Below, one piece after another: positions 13,266 to 22,898 of a stretch of 32,000 nt of DNA. The notes under the pieces are model-generated. The model ran no database searches. It was not told the origin of the DNA and saw only the letters and a program-made list of their open reading frames with translations. Source of the DNA: Raphidiopsis brookii D9 (GTDB lineage: Bacteria; Cyanobacteriota; Cyanobacteriia; Cyanobacteriales; Nostocaceae). Location of the stretch: NCBI GenBank assembly GCA_000175855.1, contig ACYB01000046.1, positions 60,001 through 92,000 on the forward strand. Direction: 5' to 3'. Positions within the stretch are counted from its first letter, which is position 1, and the number at the start of each line of letters is the position of its first letter. A program made the position numbers and the translations under genes.

Positions 13266-13999
13266 ATCAATGGCGCGTGAGACAAAGACTCTACTAAAGA
13301 GCGCACAGAAGCAATCATAGCAATTTCACTGTTAAGTTGATTAATCGCCGATCCTACGCCCACACCAGCAGCACCAGCAGCTATAGCTAGGGGTGCGGTG
13401 ACATTGGAAATACCAGAAGCGCACAAAACGGGGATAGACACAGCACGAGAAATTTCAAATGTTGCTGCTAGGGTGGGAGCAGCTTTTTCAATTAAACCCA
13501 GGGTTCCAGGATGGGTTGGTTGAATACTAGTCCCCCCTTCGGTTTGAATGATGTCAGCACCAGCTTGAACTAGGGCTTCAGCTAGTTGCACCTGTTGATC
13601 CAGGGTGAGAATATGGGGAACAGTCACAGATAGGGTTATTTCAGGCAGTAAGGCGCGAGTTTTATGAGTTAGGAATAAAACTTCATCCGCTTCAAATTTG
13701 CGACCTTGTGCGTAAAATGAGTCAAAGTTGCCAATTTCAATTAAATCGGCACCAGCACTTACAGCTAGGACAAACTGCTCTGGTTCCACAGCAGATACAC
13801 AAATTGGTAAGCTGGTCAAACCTTTGGCTAAATGGATTAATCTCTGGTCAGCAGCAATATCAACGAAGGTCGCACCGCCTAAATCTGCTGCTTTCACTGT
13901 AGCAGCTACACTTTCAGGATTGAAGTTGTTTAAACCGCTAATTACTTTTAAAACATTACGGCGAAGAAAAGCATTTTGCAGCTGGGGAAGCATGATCAT
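13253..13999 (-). CDS. DUF561 / Ycf23-like TIM-barrel protein
   Basis: 248 aa, VLKVISGLNNFNPESVAATVKAADLGGATFVDIAADQRLIHLAKGLTSLPICVSAVEPEQF, recalled as the algal plastid Ycf23/cyanobacterial family. Confidence 0.8.
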   Translation of the reverse strand: MIMLPQLQNAFLRRNVLKVISGLNNFNPESVAATVKAADLGGATFVDIAADQRLIHLAKGLTSLPICVSAVEPEQFVLAVSAGADLIEIGNFDSFYAQGRKFEADEVLFLTHKTRALLPEITLSVTVPHILTLDQQVQLAEALVQAGADIIQTEGGTSIQPTHPGTLGLIEKAAPTLAATFEISRAVSIPVLCASGISNVTAPLAIAAGAAGVGVGSAINQLNSEIAMIASVRSLVESLSHAPLIPRF

Positions 14000-14111
14000 A
14001 GTTTTTATTTCTGGTATTTTTGGCTGGTTTTTTTGGACTATTTCAAGGTAGAACTATTTTTACACCTTCTGGAGATATTCCACAAGAGCTAACTCTCGAG
14101 ATAGTTGCCCT

Positions 14112-14750
14112 ATGTCCGATCAAACCTGGCTGTCAAAATTAAAACAACATAAGGCGATCGCTGTTGTTCGTACCCCAAAAATGTACTGGGGTGAACAGAT
14201 GGCTATGGCCGTAGCATCCGCAGGTATGCAGCTGATAGAAATCACTTGGGATAGCGATCGCGCCCGGGATTTAATTTCTAAGTTAAGAGTTCATTTACCT
14301 CATTGTCTAATTGGAACTGGTACCCTATTTAATGTCCAACAACTACAAGAGGCGATCGCTGCTGGGGCCCAGTTTGTTTTTACTCCCCATATAGATGTAG
14401 AAATGATTAAAATGGCAGTTTTTAAAAACGTGCCCATCATTCCTGGAGCTTTAACACCCACAGAAATCATTACAGCTTGGCATCAGGGTGCAAGTAGTGT
14501 CAAGGTGTTTCCTGTGCAAGCTATGGGAGGAGTTAACTATATTAAGAGTTTACAGGGTCCTTTGGGTCATATTCCCCTGATTCCCACAGGTGGGGTCACT
14601 ATAGATAATGCCTCAGCTTTTTTGCAAGTAGGAGCTAGTGCAGTAGGTTTGAGTGGAGAATTGTTCCCTAAACAATGGGTACTAACGGAAAACTGGTCAG
14701 CTATTAGCACCCAATCTAAAGATCTCCTGGGAAGATTAAATAGCAAGTGA
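14112..14750 (+). CDS. Bifunctional 4-hydroxy-2-oxoglutarate / 2-dehydro-3-deoxy-phosphogluconate aldolase family
   Basis: 212 aa. IGTGTL, AGAQFVFTPHID, IIPGALTPTEI, VKVFPVQAMGG and PLIPTGGVTIDNA are the KDPG aldolase motif series. Confidence 0.9.
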   Translation: MSDQTWLSKLKQHKAIAVVRTPKMYWGEQMAMAVASAGMQLIEITWDSDRARDLISKLRVHLPHCLIGTGTLFNVQQLQEAIAAGAQFVFTPHIDVEMIKMAVFKNVPIIPGALTPTEIITAWHQGASSVKVFPVQAMGGVNYIKSLQGPLGHIPLIPTGGVTIDNASAFLQVGASAVGLSGELFPKQWVLTENWSAISTQSKDLLGRLNSK

Positions 14751-15929
14751 GGACTTTTGCCAGTACTTATATGCTGCATAAGCCAATGTCACAACTCCGG
14801 TAATAATTGCAGATTCATCGACCTCAAATTGGGGATGATGTAAGGGGTGATTGATAATTCGGTCTTTATAACCCACACCGAGACGAAACATGGAACCGGG
14901 AGCATAATCTAAATAAACAGAAAAATCCTCTGCACCTAAAGAAGGTTCCGGTAAAACCTGTACGTAATCGCTACCCCATGCTTCTTCTGCAGCAGACTGT
15001 AATAATTGGGTTAAATAGTAATCATTTTGGACACTGGATATACCATGACGATAATTTACTTGATATTTGGCGTTATAACAATTACAAACGTTAGCAACTA
15101 TTTTATCTATCCATACTGGCATTTGACTACGTGTTTCTGGATGAAGAGACCGCACCGTACCTAACAACTGAACTTTATCGGCAATTACATTTGGGGCTCT
15201 ACCACCACTAATTTTACCAATGCTTAATACGACAGGACGCAAGGGATTTTGAGTTCGACTAATAGCTTGCTGTAGGGCAGTAATTACTTGACATGCAATC
15301 CAAATTGCATCTACTGCTTCATGAGGACGGGCACCATGTCCAGATTCACCTAAAATAATAATTTCTAAATCGTCTGCTGCTGCGGTTAATGCACCATAAC
15401 GAATACCTACAGATCCGGCAGAAATAGACGGAAAAACATGAACTCCTAAAATGGCACAAACATCATTCATTACTCCCTCTTCTACCATCCAACCCGCACC
15501 CTGGGCAATTTCTTCTGCAGGTTGAAATAAAAACCTGATTCTCCCTTCTACGTGGTTGCCTATCTCCGATAGCACCATGGCTGTTCCTAGACCTACTGTG
15601 GTATGAACATCATGACCACAAGCGTGCATCACTCCATTCCGGGATGAACTGTGGTCTAGTCCGGTACACTCTTGTATGGGTAAGGCATCCATATCGGTAC
15701 GAATTGCCAAAATCTCCTCTCTGGGATGATTGGTGAGTAATTCCCCAACAACGCCAGTTTTACCCACTCCCTCCAAGACGTGCAACCCGCTGGAAGACAA
15801 CACACCTGCGACAAATGCTGCAGTTTGATGTTCTTGACCACTCAGTTCGGGGTGGGCGTGAAGGTGACGGTAAATTTCTCGTAAGCGAGGTGCGATATTA
15901 TTGCTTATTTCTTTAATGCGATTTAGCAT
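14736..15929 (-). CDS. M20 family metallopeptidase / N-acyl-L-amino-acid amidohydrolase
   Basis: 397 aa, with EILAIRTDMDALPI, MHACGHDVHTTVGLG, FLFQPAEE and GHGARPHEAVDAI. Confidence 0.93.
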   Translation of the reverse strand: MLNRIKEISNNIAPRLREIYRHLHAHPELSGQEHQTAAFVAGVLSSSGLHVLEGVGKTGVVGELLTNHPREEILAIRTDMDALPIQECTGLDHSSSRNGVMHACGHDVHTTVGLGTAMVLSEIGNHVEGRIRFLFQPAEEIAQGAGWMVEEGVMNDVCAILGVHVFPSISAGSVGIRYGALTAAADDLEIIILGESGHGARPHEAVDAIWIACQVITALQQAISRTQNPLRPVVLSIGKISGGRAPNVIADKVQLLGTVRSLHPETRSQMPVWIDKIVANVCNCYNAKYQVNYRHGISSVQNDYYLTQLLQSAAEEAWGSDYVQVLPEPSLGAEDFSVYLDYAPGSMFRLGVGYKDRIINHPLHHPQFEVDESAIITGVVTLAYAAYKYWQKSSLAI

Positions 15930-16132
15930 TATTAAAATTATTTGGAATGTGGTTTACCAAGATAATTACCATAATAGTCGATTAACTTGCGAGGTTTTGG
16001 GACACAGCCATAATTATAAATTTTTTATAAATTTTTGTGAATTGAACTGTCTAGGGGTAGCCAAAATGGAATAGATTAGTTATATTTTACTTAATTAACT
16101 ATACCGAAAGACTTATAGACTATTCAATATGT

Positions 16133-16170
16133 GATCCCCTCAGTTTGGAACTAACCTCTCTGGGGGGATC
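16133..16170 (+). terminator. Terminator-like hairpin in the ffh upstream region
   Basis: GATCCCCTCAG (16133..16143) pairs with CTGGGGGGATC (16160..16170), an 11-bp stem with one G-U, followed by TTGTTTTT (16171..16178). Confidence 0.5.
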
Positions 16171-16259
16171 TTGTTTTTAAGGGGGCTAGGTTCTCAAATC
16201 AAGTTTGACTGTCATAAATTATATACAATGATATATAATGTAAATTCATATTTGACCAG

Positions 16260-17702
16260 ATGTTTGATGCACTATCTGACCGCTTAGAAGCTGCCTGGAA
16301 AAAACTCCGGGGACAAGACAAGATCTCCCAAACTAACATTCAAGATGCCTTGCGAGAAGTGCGTCGTGCCTTGTTAGAAGCAGATGTTAACTTACAGGTA
16401 GTCAAGGATTTTATTGTCGATGTTGAAAACAAGGCCCAGGGAGCAGAGGTAATATCTGGAGTACGACCTGACCAGCAGTTTATCAAAATTGTTTATGATG
16501 AACTAGTGCAGGTCATGGGAGAAGAAAATGTACCTCTAGCACAAGCACAAGACAAAACCACCGTTATCCTCATGGCCGGTTTACAGGGTACGGGGAAAAC
16601 TACCGCCACTGCTAAGTTAGCTCTCCATTTAAGAAAAACTAATCGCAGTTGTTTGTTGGTAGCTACGGATGTATATCGTCCCGCAGCTATTGATCAATTG
16701 GTCACACTGGGTAAGCAAGTTGACGTACCTGTTTTTGAAATGGGTAGTGATGCTGACCCAGTTGAAATAGCTCGTCAAGGAGTGGAAAGAGCCAGGAATG
16801 AAGGTATCAACACAGTAATTGTTGATACAGCTGGAAGGTTACAAATAGACCAGGACATGATGGCGGAATTATCCAGGATCAAATCAACTATTGAACCTGA
16901 TGAGACCCTATTAGTTGTGGATGCCATGACGGGACAGGAAGCAGCTAATCTAACCCGCACCTTTCATGAACAGATTGGAATTACCGGTGCTATTTTAACT
17001 AAAATGGATGGTGATAGTCGAGGTGGTGCAGCTTTATCAGTGCGGCAAATTTCCGGGGCCCCAATTAAATTTATCGGTGTGGGAGAAAAGGTTGAAGCCT
17101 TACAGCCATTTTATCCTGATCGGATGGCATCTCGCATTTTGGGCATGGGTGATGTTCTGACCTTGGTGGAAAAAGCACAGGAGGAAATTGATCTAGCTGA
17201 TGCTGAGAAAATGCAGGAGAAAATTCTCTCGGCCAAGTTTGATTTTACCGACTTCCTCAAACAGCTGCGCCTCATGAAAAATATGGGTTCCTTAGGTGGG
17301 ATGATGAAATTAATCCCGGGAATGAATAAGATTTCTGATGAGCAGTTAAAAAAAGGAGAAACCCAACTAAAACGCTGTGAGTCTATGATTAATTCTATGA
17401 CCAAGAAAGAGCGTAAAGACCCAGATTTGTTGGCCAGCTCTCCTAGTAGACGCAAGCGAATTGCTTCTGGTTCTGGTTACAAAGAATCGGATGTGAGTAA
17501 ATTAGTATCAGACTTTCAAAAGATGCGATCGCTAATGCAGCAAATGGGACAGGGTAATTTTCCGCCAGGTATGTTTGGTGGGGGTAACCCCCTAGCAGCA
17601 GGAAATGGTCCTGGTCCGGGTTGGCGGGGTTATCCTGGGGGTGCACCACCTACCACCAAGAAAAAGAAGGAAAAAAAGAAAAAAGGATTTGGTACTCTAT
17701 AG
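16260..17702 (+). CDS. ffh: Signal recognition particle protein (SRP54 homolog)
   Basis: 480 aa. The NG domain has GLQGTGKTTATAKLA, DTAGRLQID and TKMDGDSRGGAALS; the C-terminal M domain is Met-rich. Confidence 0.98.
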   Translation: MFDALSDRLEAAWKKLRGQDKISQTNIQDALREVRRALLEADVNLQVVKDFIVDVENKAQGAEVISGVRPDQQFIKIVYDELVQVMGEENVPLAQAQDKTTVILMAGLQGTGKTTATAKLALHLRKTNRSCLLVATDVYRPAAIDQLVTLGKQVDVPVFEMGSDADPVEIARQGVERARNEGINTVIVDTAGRLQIDQDMMAELSRIKSTIEPDETLLVVDAMTGQEAANLTRTFHEQIGITGAILTKMDGDSRGGAALSVRQISGAPIKFIGVGEKVEALQPFYPDRMASRILGMGDVLTLVEKAQEEIDLADAEKMQEKILSAKFDFTDFLKQLRLMKNMGSLGGMMKLIPGMNKISDEQLKKGETQLKRCESMINSMTKKERKDPDLLASSPSRRKRIASGSGYKESDVSKLVSDFQKMRSLMQQMGQGNFPPGMFGGGNPLAAGNGPGPGWRGYPGGAPPTTKKKKEKKKKGFGTL

Positions 17703-17805
17703 CTTTTCCTATTTTTTTCCCTATTGCTTGATGGCTATGCTATAGTTGGGGTTTAATGCCCAAAAAATGACCAATGATAAATTAACAGGAGAATAAACTC
17801 TCAAC

Positions 17806-18069
17806 ATGATCAAATTGCGCTTAAAGCGACTTGGTAAAAAGCGAGAAGCAAGCTACCGTATTATTGCCATTAACGACCTATCTCGTCGTGATGGTCGTCC
17901 TTTAGAAGAACTAGGATTTTACAACCCCAGAACTGATGAAGTGCGTCTCGATGTTCCTGGTATTGTAAGGCGTCTACAACAAGGTGCTCAGCCTACGGAC
18001 ACAGTTCGTCGCATTTTAGTAAAAGCTAATGTTTTTGAACAAGTCAGTGCCAACGCCACATCATCATAA
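17806..18069 (+). CDS. rpsP: 30S ribosomal protein S16
   Basis: 87 aa, [45 protein letters not shown]. Confidence 0.98.
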   Translation: MIKLRLKRLGKKREASYRIIAINDLSRRDGRPLEELGFYNPRTDEVRLDVPGIVRRLQQGAQPTDTVRRILVKANVFEQVSANATSS

Positions 18070-18442
18070 GCTAGAGACAAAATTATCAACAACCAGTCCT
18101 AACTATACGGGACTGGTGAGATTTCTTGTGGAACCATTTTTGGACTCTCCAGGGTCTTTAAGAATCGACTGTGAAATGTCCAATGCCCTAAAACGGGCTT
18201 GGATTCGTATTGCTTTTGACCCCACGGACAAAGGCAAGGTTTTTGGTCGAGGAGGACGCAATATTCAGGCAATTCGGACTGTAGTTACAGCAGCAGCAGA
18301 ATTAGCGGGTCAATCGGTATATCTGGACATTTACGGCAATAATTCCCATGGTCCAGATGGAAGTGATGAGGAAGAAAAAATATTCCCACCCAAATCACGA
18401 AATACCCCCGGATCTTTTTCTAAACCCCGTTTCCGTCGTTAA
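18029..18442 (+). CDS. KH-domain RNA-binding protein (KhpA-like); true start uncertain (GTG at 18116 possible)
   Basis: 137 aa, [21 protein letters not shown]...[36 protein letters not shown], with a KH GxxG-type loop. Downstream of rpsP. Confidence 0.88.
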   Translation: MFLNKSVPTPHHHKLETKLSTTSPNYTGLVRFLVEPFLDSPGSLRIDCEMSNALKRAWIRIAFDPTDKGKVFGRGGRNIQAIRTVVTAAAELAGQSVYLDIYGNNSHGPDGSDEEEKIFPPKSRNTPGSFSKPRFRR

Positions 18443-18519
18443 ATTATCAACAACCTCATACTGGGATCCTTAACTTCTTTAATGAGGTTAAGGATGTATG
18501 TTCCACGAATTTTACAAAT

Positions 18520-19473
18520 ATGGCAGGTACGGTTATAATTGGGTTGCCTAATATTCCCAGCGCGATCGCTCTAGCAGGATATGGGGAAGCAAATCTAAAA
18601 TTTCTGTCCCAACAAACAGGAGCTAATTTGGTTCTCAGGGGACAAGAACTTCTAGTTTCCGGTAAGGAACAACATGTGGATCTAGCAGTGAAAATAGTCC
18701 AATCCCTAGAAGATCTTTGGAGTACAGGGAATAATATTGCCAGTGCGGATATTTTGACAGCACGTCAAGCAATAGAGGGCGATCGCCAGGGGGAACTGCA
18801 GGATTTGCAACGGGATATTCTGGCTAAGAGTCGTCGCGGTCAGGAGGTTCGCGCTAAAACTTTTCGTCAACGACAATATATTGAAGCCATTCGCAAACGG
18901 GATCTAACATTTGGTGTTGGTCCTGCGGGCACGGGTAAAACCTATCTTGCTGTTGTGGTTGCTGTACAAGAACTCCTATCTAATCAGTTTGAAAGATTGA
19001 TCTTGACACGTCCTGCAGTGGAAGCTGGGGAAAGACTAGGATTTTTACCTGGGGACTTGCAGCAAAAGGTTAACCCCTACCTGCGTCCACTTTATGACGC
19101 TATTAATGAGTTTATTGACCCTGAAAAAGTACCCAACTTGATGGAACGGGGAATCATCGAGGTGGCACCTTTAGCGTATATGCGGGGACGTACTTTAAAT
19201 AATGCCTTTATCATTGTTGACGAAGCCCAAAATACTACACCTTCCCAAATGAAAATGGTGCTGACCCGCTTAGGCTTCGGTTCCCGTATGGTCATCACCG
19301 GTGATCTCACCCAAACTGATTTACCCCTCAATCAAGACTCAGGTTTGACCGTGGCCTTACAAATTTTAAAACATGTTGACGGTATTGCATTTTGTGAGTT
19401 TACCCAAAAGGATGTGGTGCGTCATCCCCTGGTGCAAAGGATAGTTTCCGCTTATGAAAAACACCAGAAGTAG
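18520..19473 (+). CDS. PhoH family protein (PhoH-like ATPase)
   Basis: 317 aa, with Walker A GPAGTGKTYLA, RPAVEAGERLGFLPGDLQQKVNPYLRPLYDA, NNAFIIVDEAQNTTPSQMKMVLTRLG and TGDLTQTDL. Confidence 0.96.
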   Translation: MAGTVIIGLPNIPSAIALAGYGEANLKFLSQQTGANLVLRGQELLVSGKEQHVDLAVKIVQSLEDLWSTGNNIASADILTARQAIEGDRQGELQDLQRDILAKSRRGQEVRAKTFRQRQYIEAIRKRDLTFGVGPAGTGKTYLAVVVAVQELLSNQFERLILTRPAVEAGERLGFLPGDLQQKVNPYLRPLYDAINEFIDPEKVPNLMERGIIEVAPLAYMRGRTLNNAFIIVDEAQNTTPSQMKMVLTRLGFGSRMVITGDLTQTDLPLNQDSGLTVALQILKHVDGIAFCEFTQKDVVRHPLVQRIVSAYEKHQK

Positions 19474-19481
19474 GAAAAACC

Positions 19482-19497
19482 CCCGCTATATAGCGGG
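19482..19497 (-). terminator. Candidate Rho-independent terminator for the minus-strand DUF4912 gene
   Basis: Perfect palindrome CCCGCTATATAGCGGG at 19482..19497. On the minus strand it is followed by CC then TTTTT (AAAAA at 19475..19479 on plus). About 40 bp past the stop of the 19537..20781 gene. Confidence 0.6.
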
Positions 19498-19536
19498 AGA
19501 GAAATTGCAGTTATGACGTAATGTAAAATTCAATAC

Positions 19537-20781
19537 CTAAGAAAGCCATTCCAAAACAGCTTCTTCTTTGGTATTAGTATGGCGAGAAGGTGTTTCCCGT
19601 TCAAACTTCATGTGAATGGAGCGGGTTTGCTCACCATCAGCAGCAACAGCCAAAATTGGGTAGTCAATCAAACCATCTTGGAAGGACATCTGGAACCGGA
19701 AGGTACCATCTGGATTAAGTTTAATTGGACGACCACCAATGGTCACCGTAGCATCCGGTTCAGTCGCACCATAGACAATTAGTTCCGCATCCGCAACCAA
19801 CCAGAATTGTCGAGGACGTACAGGTATTGCGGAACCAGAGAATCCAACACCAGACATGCCAACACCGGACATATTAATGCCAGATGCAGTGGGCACCGCC
19901 CACATACCAACACCAGATGGAAAAACATAAGAACTTATAGCCTGTTCTGGGCGTACGGATCCAGGTACGTGCTGCATAGAGCCAAACAGGGAACCAGCAA
20001 CTCTTTGTGCTTCCCCTGATTCTGCTAAATCAAAGACTCCTTGGTGAATTCTATCACCAGTACCAGTAGGTTTAACCGGTGCCTTCTTAGCAGGAGGTAT
20101 TAATTCATACTTGGTCTTACCACGCAGGTCTTCCTCAAAATCCACGGTGATGAACACATCTTCAATCCAATCCGAGGGATATACAGGAGGAATATGAACC
20201 CTCGCAGAACGTGCTAGCACCAACCAGCGACCATCGGGAGTACGATAGCCAATATCTATAACGTAATCGCGATCGCTCACAGGAATAGGTAAGTACCATT
20301 CCCTAGCCAATTCGTCTGCAGGATATTCTTGAATACTATGAGGACTTTGATGATCTAAATCAACATCGGTGACATCATAAATCCGTAGAGCTAATTGTTG
20401 TCCACCTTGACGACGTAACTCTTGCTTATGCTCATTGGGTATATCCCAGTAGGTGTAAGCCCATTGTGGATCTCGGGGCAAAAGTACGATGCGACTGTCA
20501 CCATAACCACTTGGTAAATCTCCTAGTCCAGCGTCCGCGTCAGACAAAGAACCACCATTACGATCCTCTTGACCTAGTTCAAATTTTGTTGCTTCCACGT
20601 TTTCCTGCGCCTCCAGCGACCGAGATGGACTAATCGAAAATTTGCGAGTTTGCACTTCTTGAATTGATGCCAGCAGTTGAGATTTACGCATTCTGCTGTA
20701 CCGAGATACACCATACTCACTAGCAACTTTACGTAGTTGCCTGAGGGTCATCTCCTCCATAGGTGGGCGTTCTTTTGCCAT
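19537..20781 (-). CDS. DUF4912 domain protein with N-terminal Rho-N/SAP-like motif
   Basis: 414 aa, MTLRQLRKVASEYGVSRYSRMRKSQLLASIQ (Rho-N-like), then SRIVLLPRDPQWAYTYWDIPNEHKQELRRQGG (DUF4912 style). Confidence 0.83.
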   Translation of the reverse strand: MAKERPPMEEMTLRQLRKVASEYGVSRYSRMRKSQLLASIQEVQTRKFSISPSRSLEAQENVEATKFELGQEDRNGGSLSDADAGLGDLPSGYGDSRIVLLPRDPQWAYTYWDIPNEHKQELRRQGGQQLALRIYDVTDVDLDHQSPHSIQEYPADELAREWYLPIPVSDRDYVIDIGYRTPDGRWLVLARSARVHIPPVYPSDWIEDVFITVDFEEDLRGKTKYELIPPAKKAPVKPTGTGDRIHQGVFDLAESGEAQRVAGSLFGSMQHVPGSVRPEQAISSYVFPSGVGMWAVPTASGINMSGVGMSGVGFSGSAIPVRPRQFWLVADAELIVYGATEPDATVTIGGRPIKLNPDGTFRFQMSFQDGLIDYPILAVAADGEQTRSIHMKFERETPSRHTNTKEEAVLEWLS

Positions 20782-21234
20782 TGGCTTTAGCCTCCAGTAG
20801 TTTGTAGGGCAAATTGCTTCCCCTGATTATAGGAAAGTTCATAAAATGTTACCCATTCCAGATGAATTTTCATTCCTGACTTCTGGTTTTGCCCAGTGTA
20901 TAAGCGTTTTTATTGTTTTTTTAATTTTGTTTACATACCTTCCAATTTTGGGATCGGGCGGTGTGTTTTTCCTGATGAAATATTAACAGGTAATTATGCC
21001 TATTGATCAAGGGGTATGGAATGGGTTTTTACTCATTTTACCTACATTTTACCTATTTATCAGGTCTTTGGGGATCAAATGTCATCGATTTATAACATTT
21101 ACCCCCGGTTCGGGGATGATTTTACTGGGAAACGATGACATTCTACTCAACTGGAGGAAACATCTAATCAAGAGTTAATAGTTCAAAACTAGAAATAGTT
21201 ATTTAGCATTGCCTATAGATTTAAATAAATACAA

Positions 21235-22251
21235 CTATTTGTATTTAGGCAAATTAAAGTACCGATGGATAAATTTGCCATAGACCCTTTTCATCAATAA
21301 AGTTGCCAATCGGAATTTAGTAAGTTGGGGAATAGTAGATAATTGATGGCTTTGATGGTCAAAAAAGTGGTTAATTTCCGATAGGATTACTGAAAGTCGT
21401 GCTGTGATGCTTTCAGCTCGATACTCAGATAAAACTTGATTAGACAAAGTTAAATGAACTGGGGAATCCAATACTTTTATAATGCGTTGTAAATCATACT
21501 CAAGAGAATAACCAGCTATTTTATGGCAATTAAATGCGGGATCCAAATAATCTGAAAGACCACCGTTAATACTAGAAAAAACCTGACAACCACACGCCAA
21601 AGCTTCCATAGGCTGTAACCCAAAGCCTTCACTAACAGACTGTTGGGCCCAGTATTCCGCAGAGTCATAAAGGTAAATCTTCGACCTATTGAATAGTCCT
21701 GGTAAGTCTGGAACATAAGAATCCACCACTAAAACCCGACATTTTTGTTGAAGTGCGGGAATTAATTGCCAGAGTAGATATTCTGACGACTTGCGAGACT
21801 GGACTAGGACATCAATATCCCTGTCTAAATGAAGATTAGTAAACTCGTCAGAAATTTGATTAGGTAAGTAATAAATTAAATTATTGGGTGCTTTTTGTCC
21901 CCAGTATCCCATAGTATTGCGACTAACTGCAATAATAGGTATGGGAGATGGCAGATAAAATTTATACCCAGCACTGTGAGCATGATAGACCACATTGTAT
22001 TTTTGCAGTTTACGTACCAATTTAGGAATGTCAAATCCCCAGCTAACCACAAAAATCACATCCTGCAAATTTTGGTCTGGGAGGAGATCATCCAAAAACA
22101 GTAGGTTTTTTTCCCGTTGTCGATAGGTGACAACTTCTGCATTACAGATGTTGCGGACTAAATTAATGGTTTTTAACTCAGCCCAAAGACCCCCACAGGC
22201 GAACTTACCATTTGTTCCTGGTAATAAAAAGTAAAGTTTTCTCATTTTCAT
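21235..22251 (-). CDS. Glycosyltransferase family protein (GT4-like)
   Basis: 338 aa. The C-terminal SVSEGFGLQPMEALACGCQVFSSINGGLSDYL is a GT-B donor-site signature. Confidence 0.82.
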   Translation of the reverse strand: MKMRKLYFLLPGTNGKFACGGLWAELKTINLVRNICNAEVVTYRQREKNLLFLDDLLPDQNLQDVIFVVSWGFDIPKLVRKLQKYNVVYHAHSAGYKFYLPSPIPIIAVSRNTMGYWGQKAPNNLIYYLPNQISDEFTNLHLDRDIDVLVQSRKSSEYLLWQLIPALQQKCRVLVVDSYVPDLPGLFNRSKIYLYDSAEYWAQQSVSEGFGLQPMEALACGCQVFSSINGGLSDYLDPAFNCHKIAGYSLEYDLQRIIKVLDSPVHLTLSNQVLSEYRAESITARLSVILSEINHFFDHQSHQLSTIPQLTKFRLATLLMKRVYGKFIHRYFNLPKYK

Positions 22252-22382
22252 TTTTATAGATGTCCCCAGAATTGAAGAACTATTTACGCCTTTACGCCAT
22301 TGAACCGTTCGTGCTAAAATGCTCCTTTGGATTTATAGGCAGATTTTTGATAGAGCAAACAGATGTTAGTTTGTTAAATCAA

Positions 22383-22676
22383 TTAGCTTATATTTGAATC
22401 CTGTGAACCATCTGAGATATTATGGTTAGGTAGTGTACAACAGTTAATATCATTTAAGCACACTTTTCCCCACTGCAAAGCCCAACGTACTAAAGCTACT
22501 CGGTTGTCTGTCCTGGTTTTGGTCAAGATATTGCTAATGTGGTTATCAACCGTACGTTTACTAATTTCCAACTTTGCTGCAATCTCTTGGTTAGTTAAGC
22601 CTGCGGCCACCAAGTCGATGATTTGCATTTCTCTATCTGAGAGAGTAACAGACGACTGAGACTCACTAGTAGCCAT
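22383..22676 (-). CDS. Small stand-alone LuxR-type HTH transcriptional regulator (PedR-like size and architecture)
   Basis: 97 aa, LSDREMQIIDLVAAGLTNQEIAAKLEISKRTVDNHISNILTKTRTDNRVALVRWALQWG. No receiver domain. Confidence 0.9.
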   Translation of the reverse strand: MATSESQSSVTLSDREMQIIDLVAAGLTNQEIAAKLEISKRTVDNHISNILTKTRTDNRVALVRWALQWGKVCLNDINCCTLPNHNISDGSQDSNIS

Positions 22677-22898
22677 GATTTATATATTTCTCCGTTAGTA
22701 TTCCAAAGATTAACTCTGTTGGTAGTTAAAAATAGACAAATTTGTTATATTATTGCACCAAATATTCTGAAAGATGGGATAAATTTAAGATATAATTTAG
22801 ACTTGTTTAATCATATTGAACAGACTAAAAATAGTCAACTCTATTGTTTTTGAATCCATTCCTACAGACTCCCAACTAGGTCATTTATCTAAAGTCAG

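Noticed and set aside
13708-14051. Plus-strand 64-aa and 107-aa ORFs antisense to the DUF561 gene
   Set aside because: Shadow ORFs. The minus-strand frame has clear family similarity.
17111-17455. 114-aa minus-strand ORF inside ffh
   Set aside because: Fully antisense to an unmistakable Ffh coding region. The translation looks like shadow-frame sequence with no recognisable domain.
20996-21178. 60-aa plus-strand ORF (MPIDQGVWNGFLLILPTFYLF...)
   Set aside because: No recognisable family and no clear ribosome-binding context. It lies in an AT-rich ~450-bp gap and could be chance. Kept only as a possible small hydrophobic peptide needing Ribo-seq.
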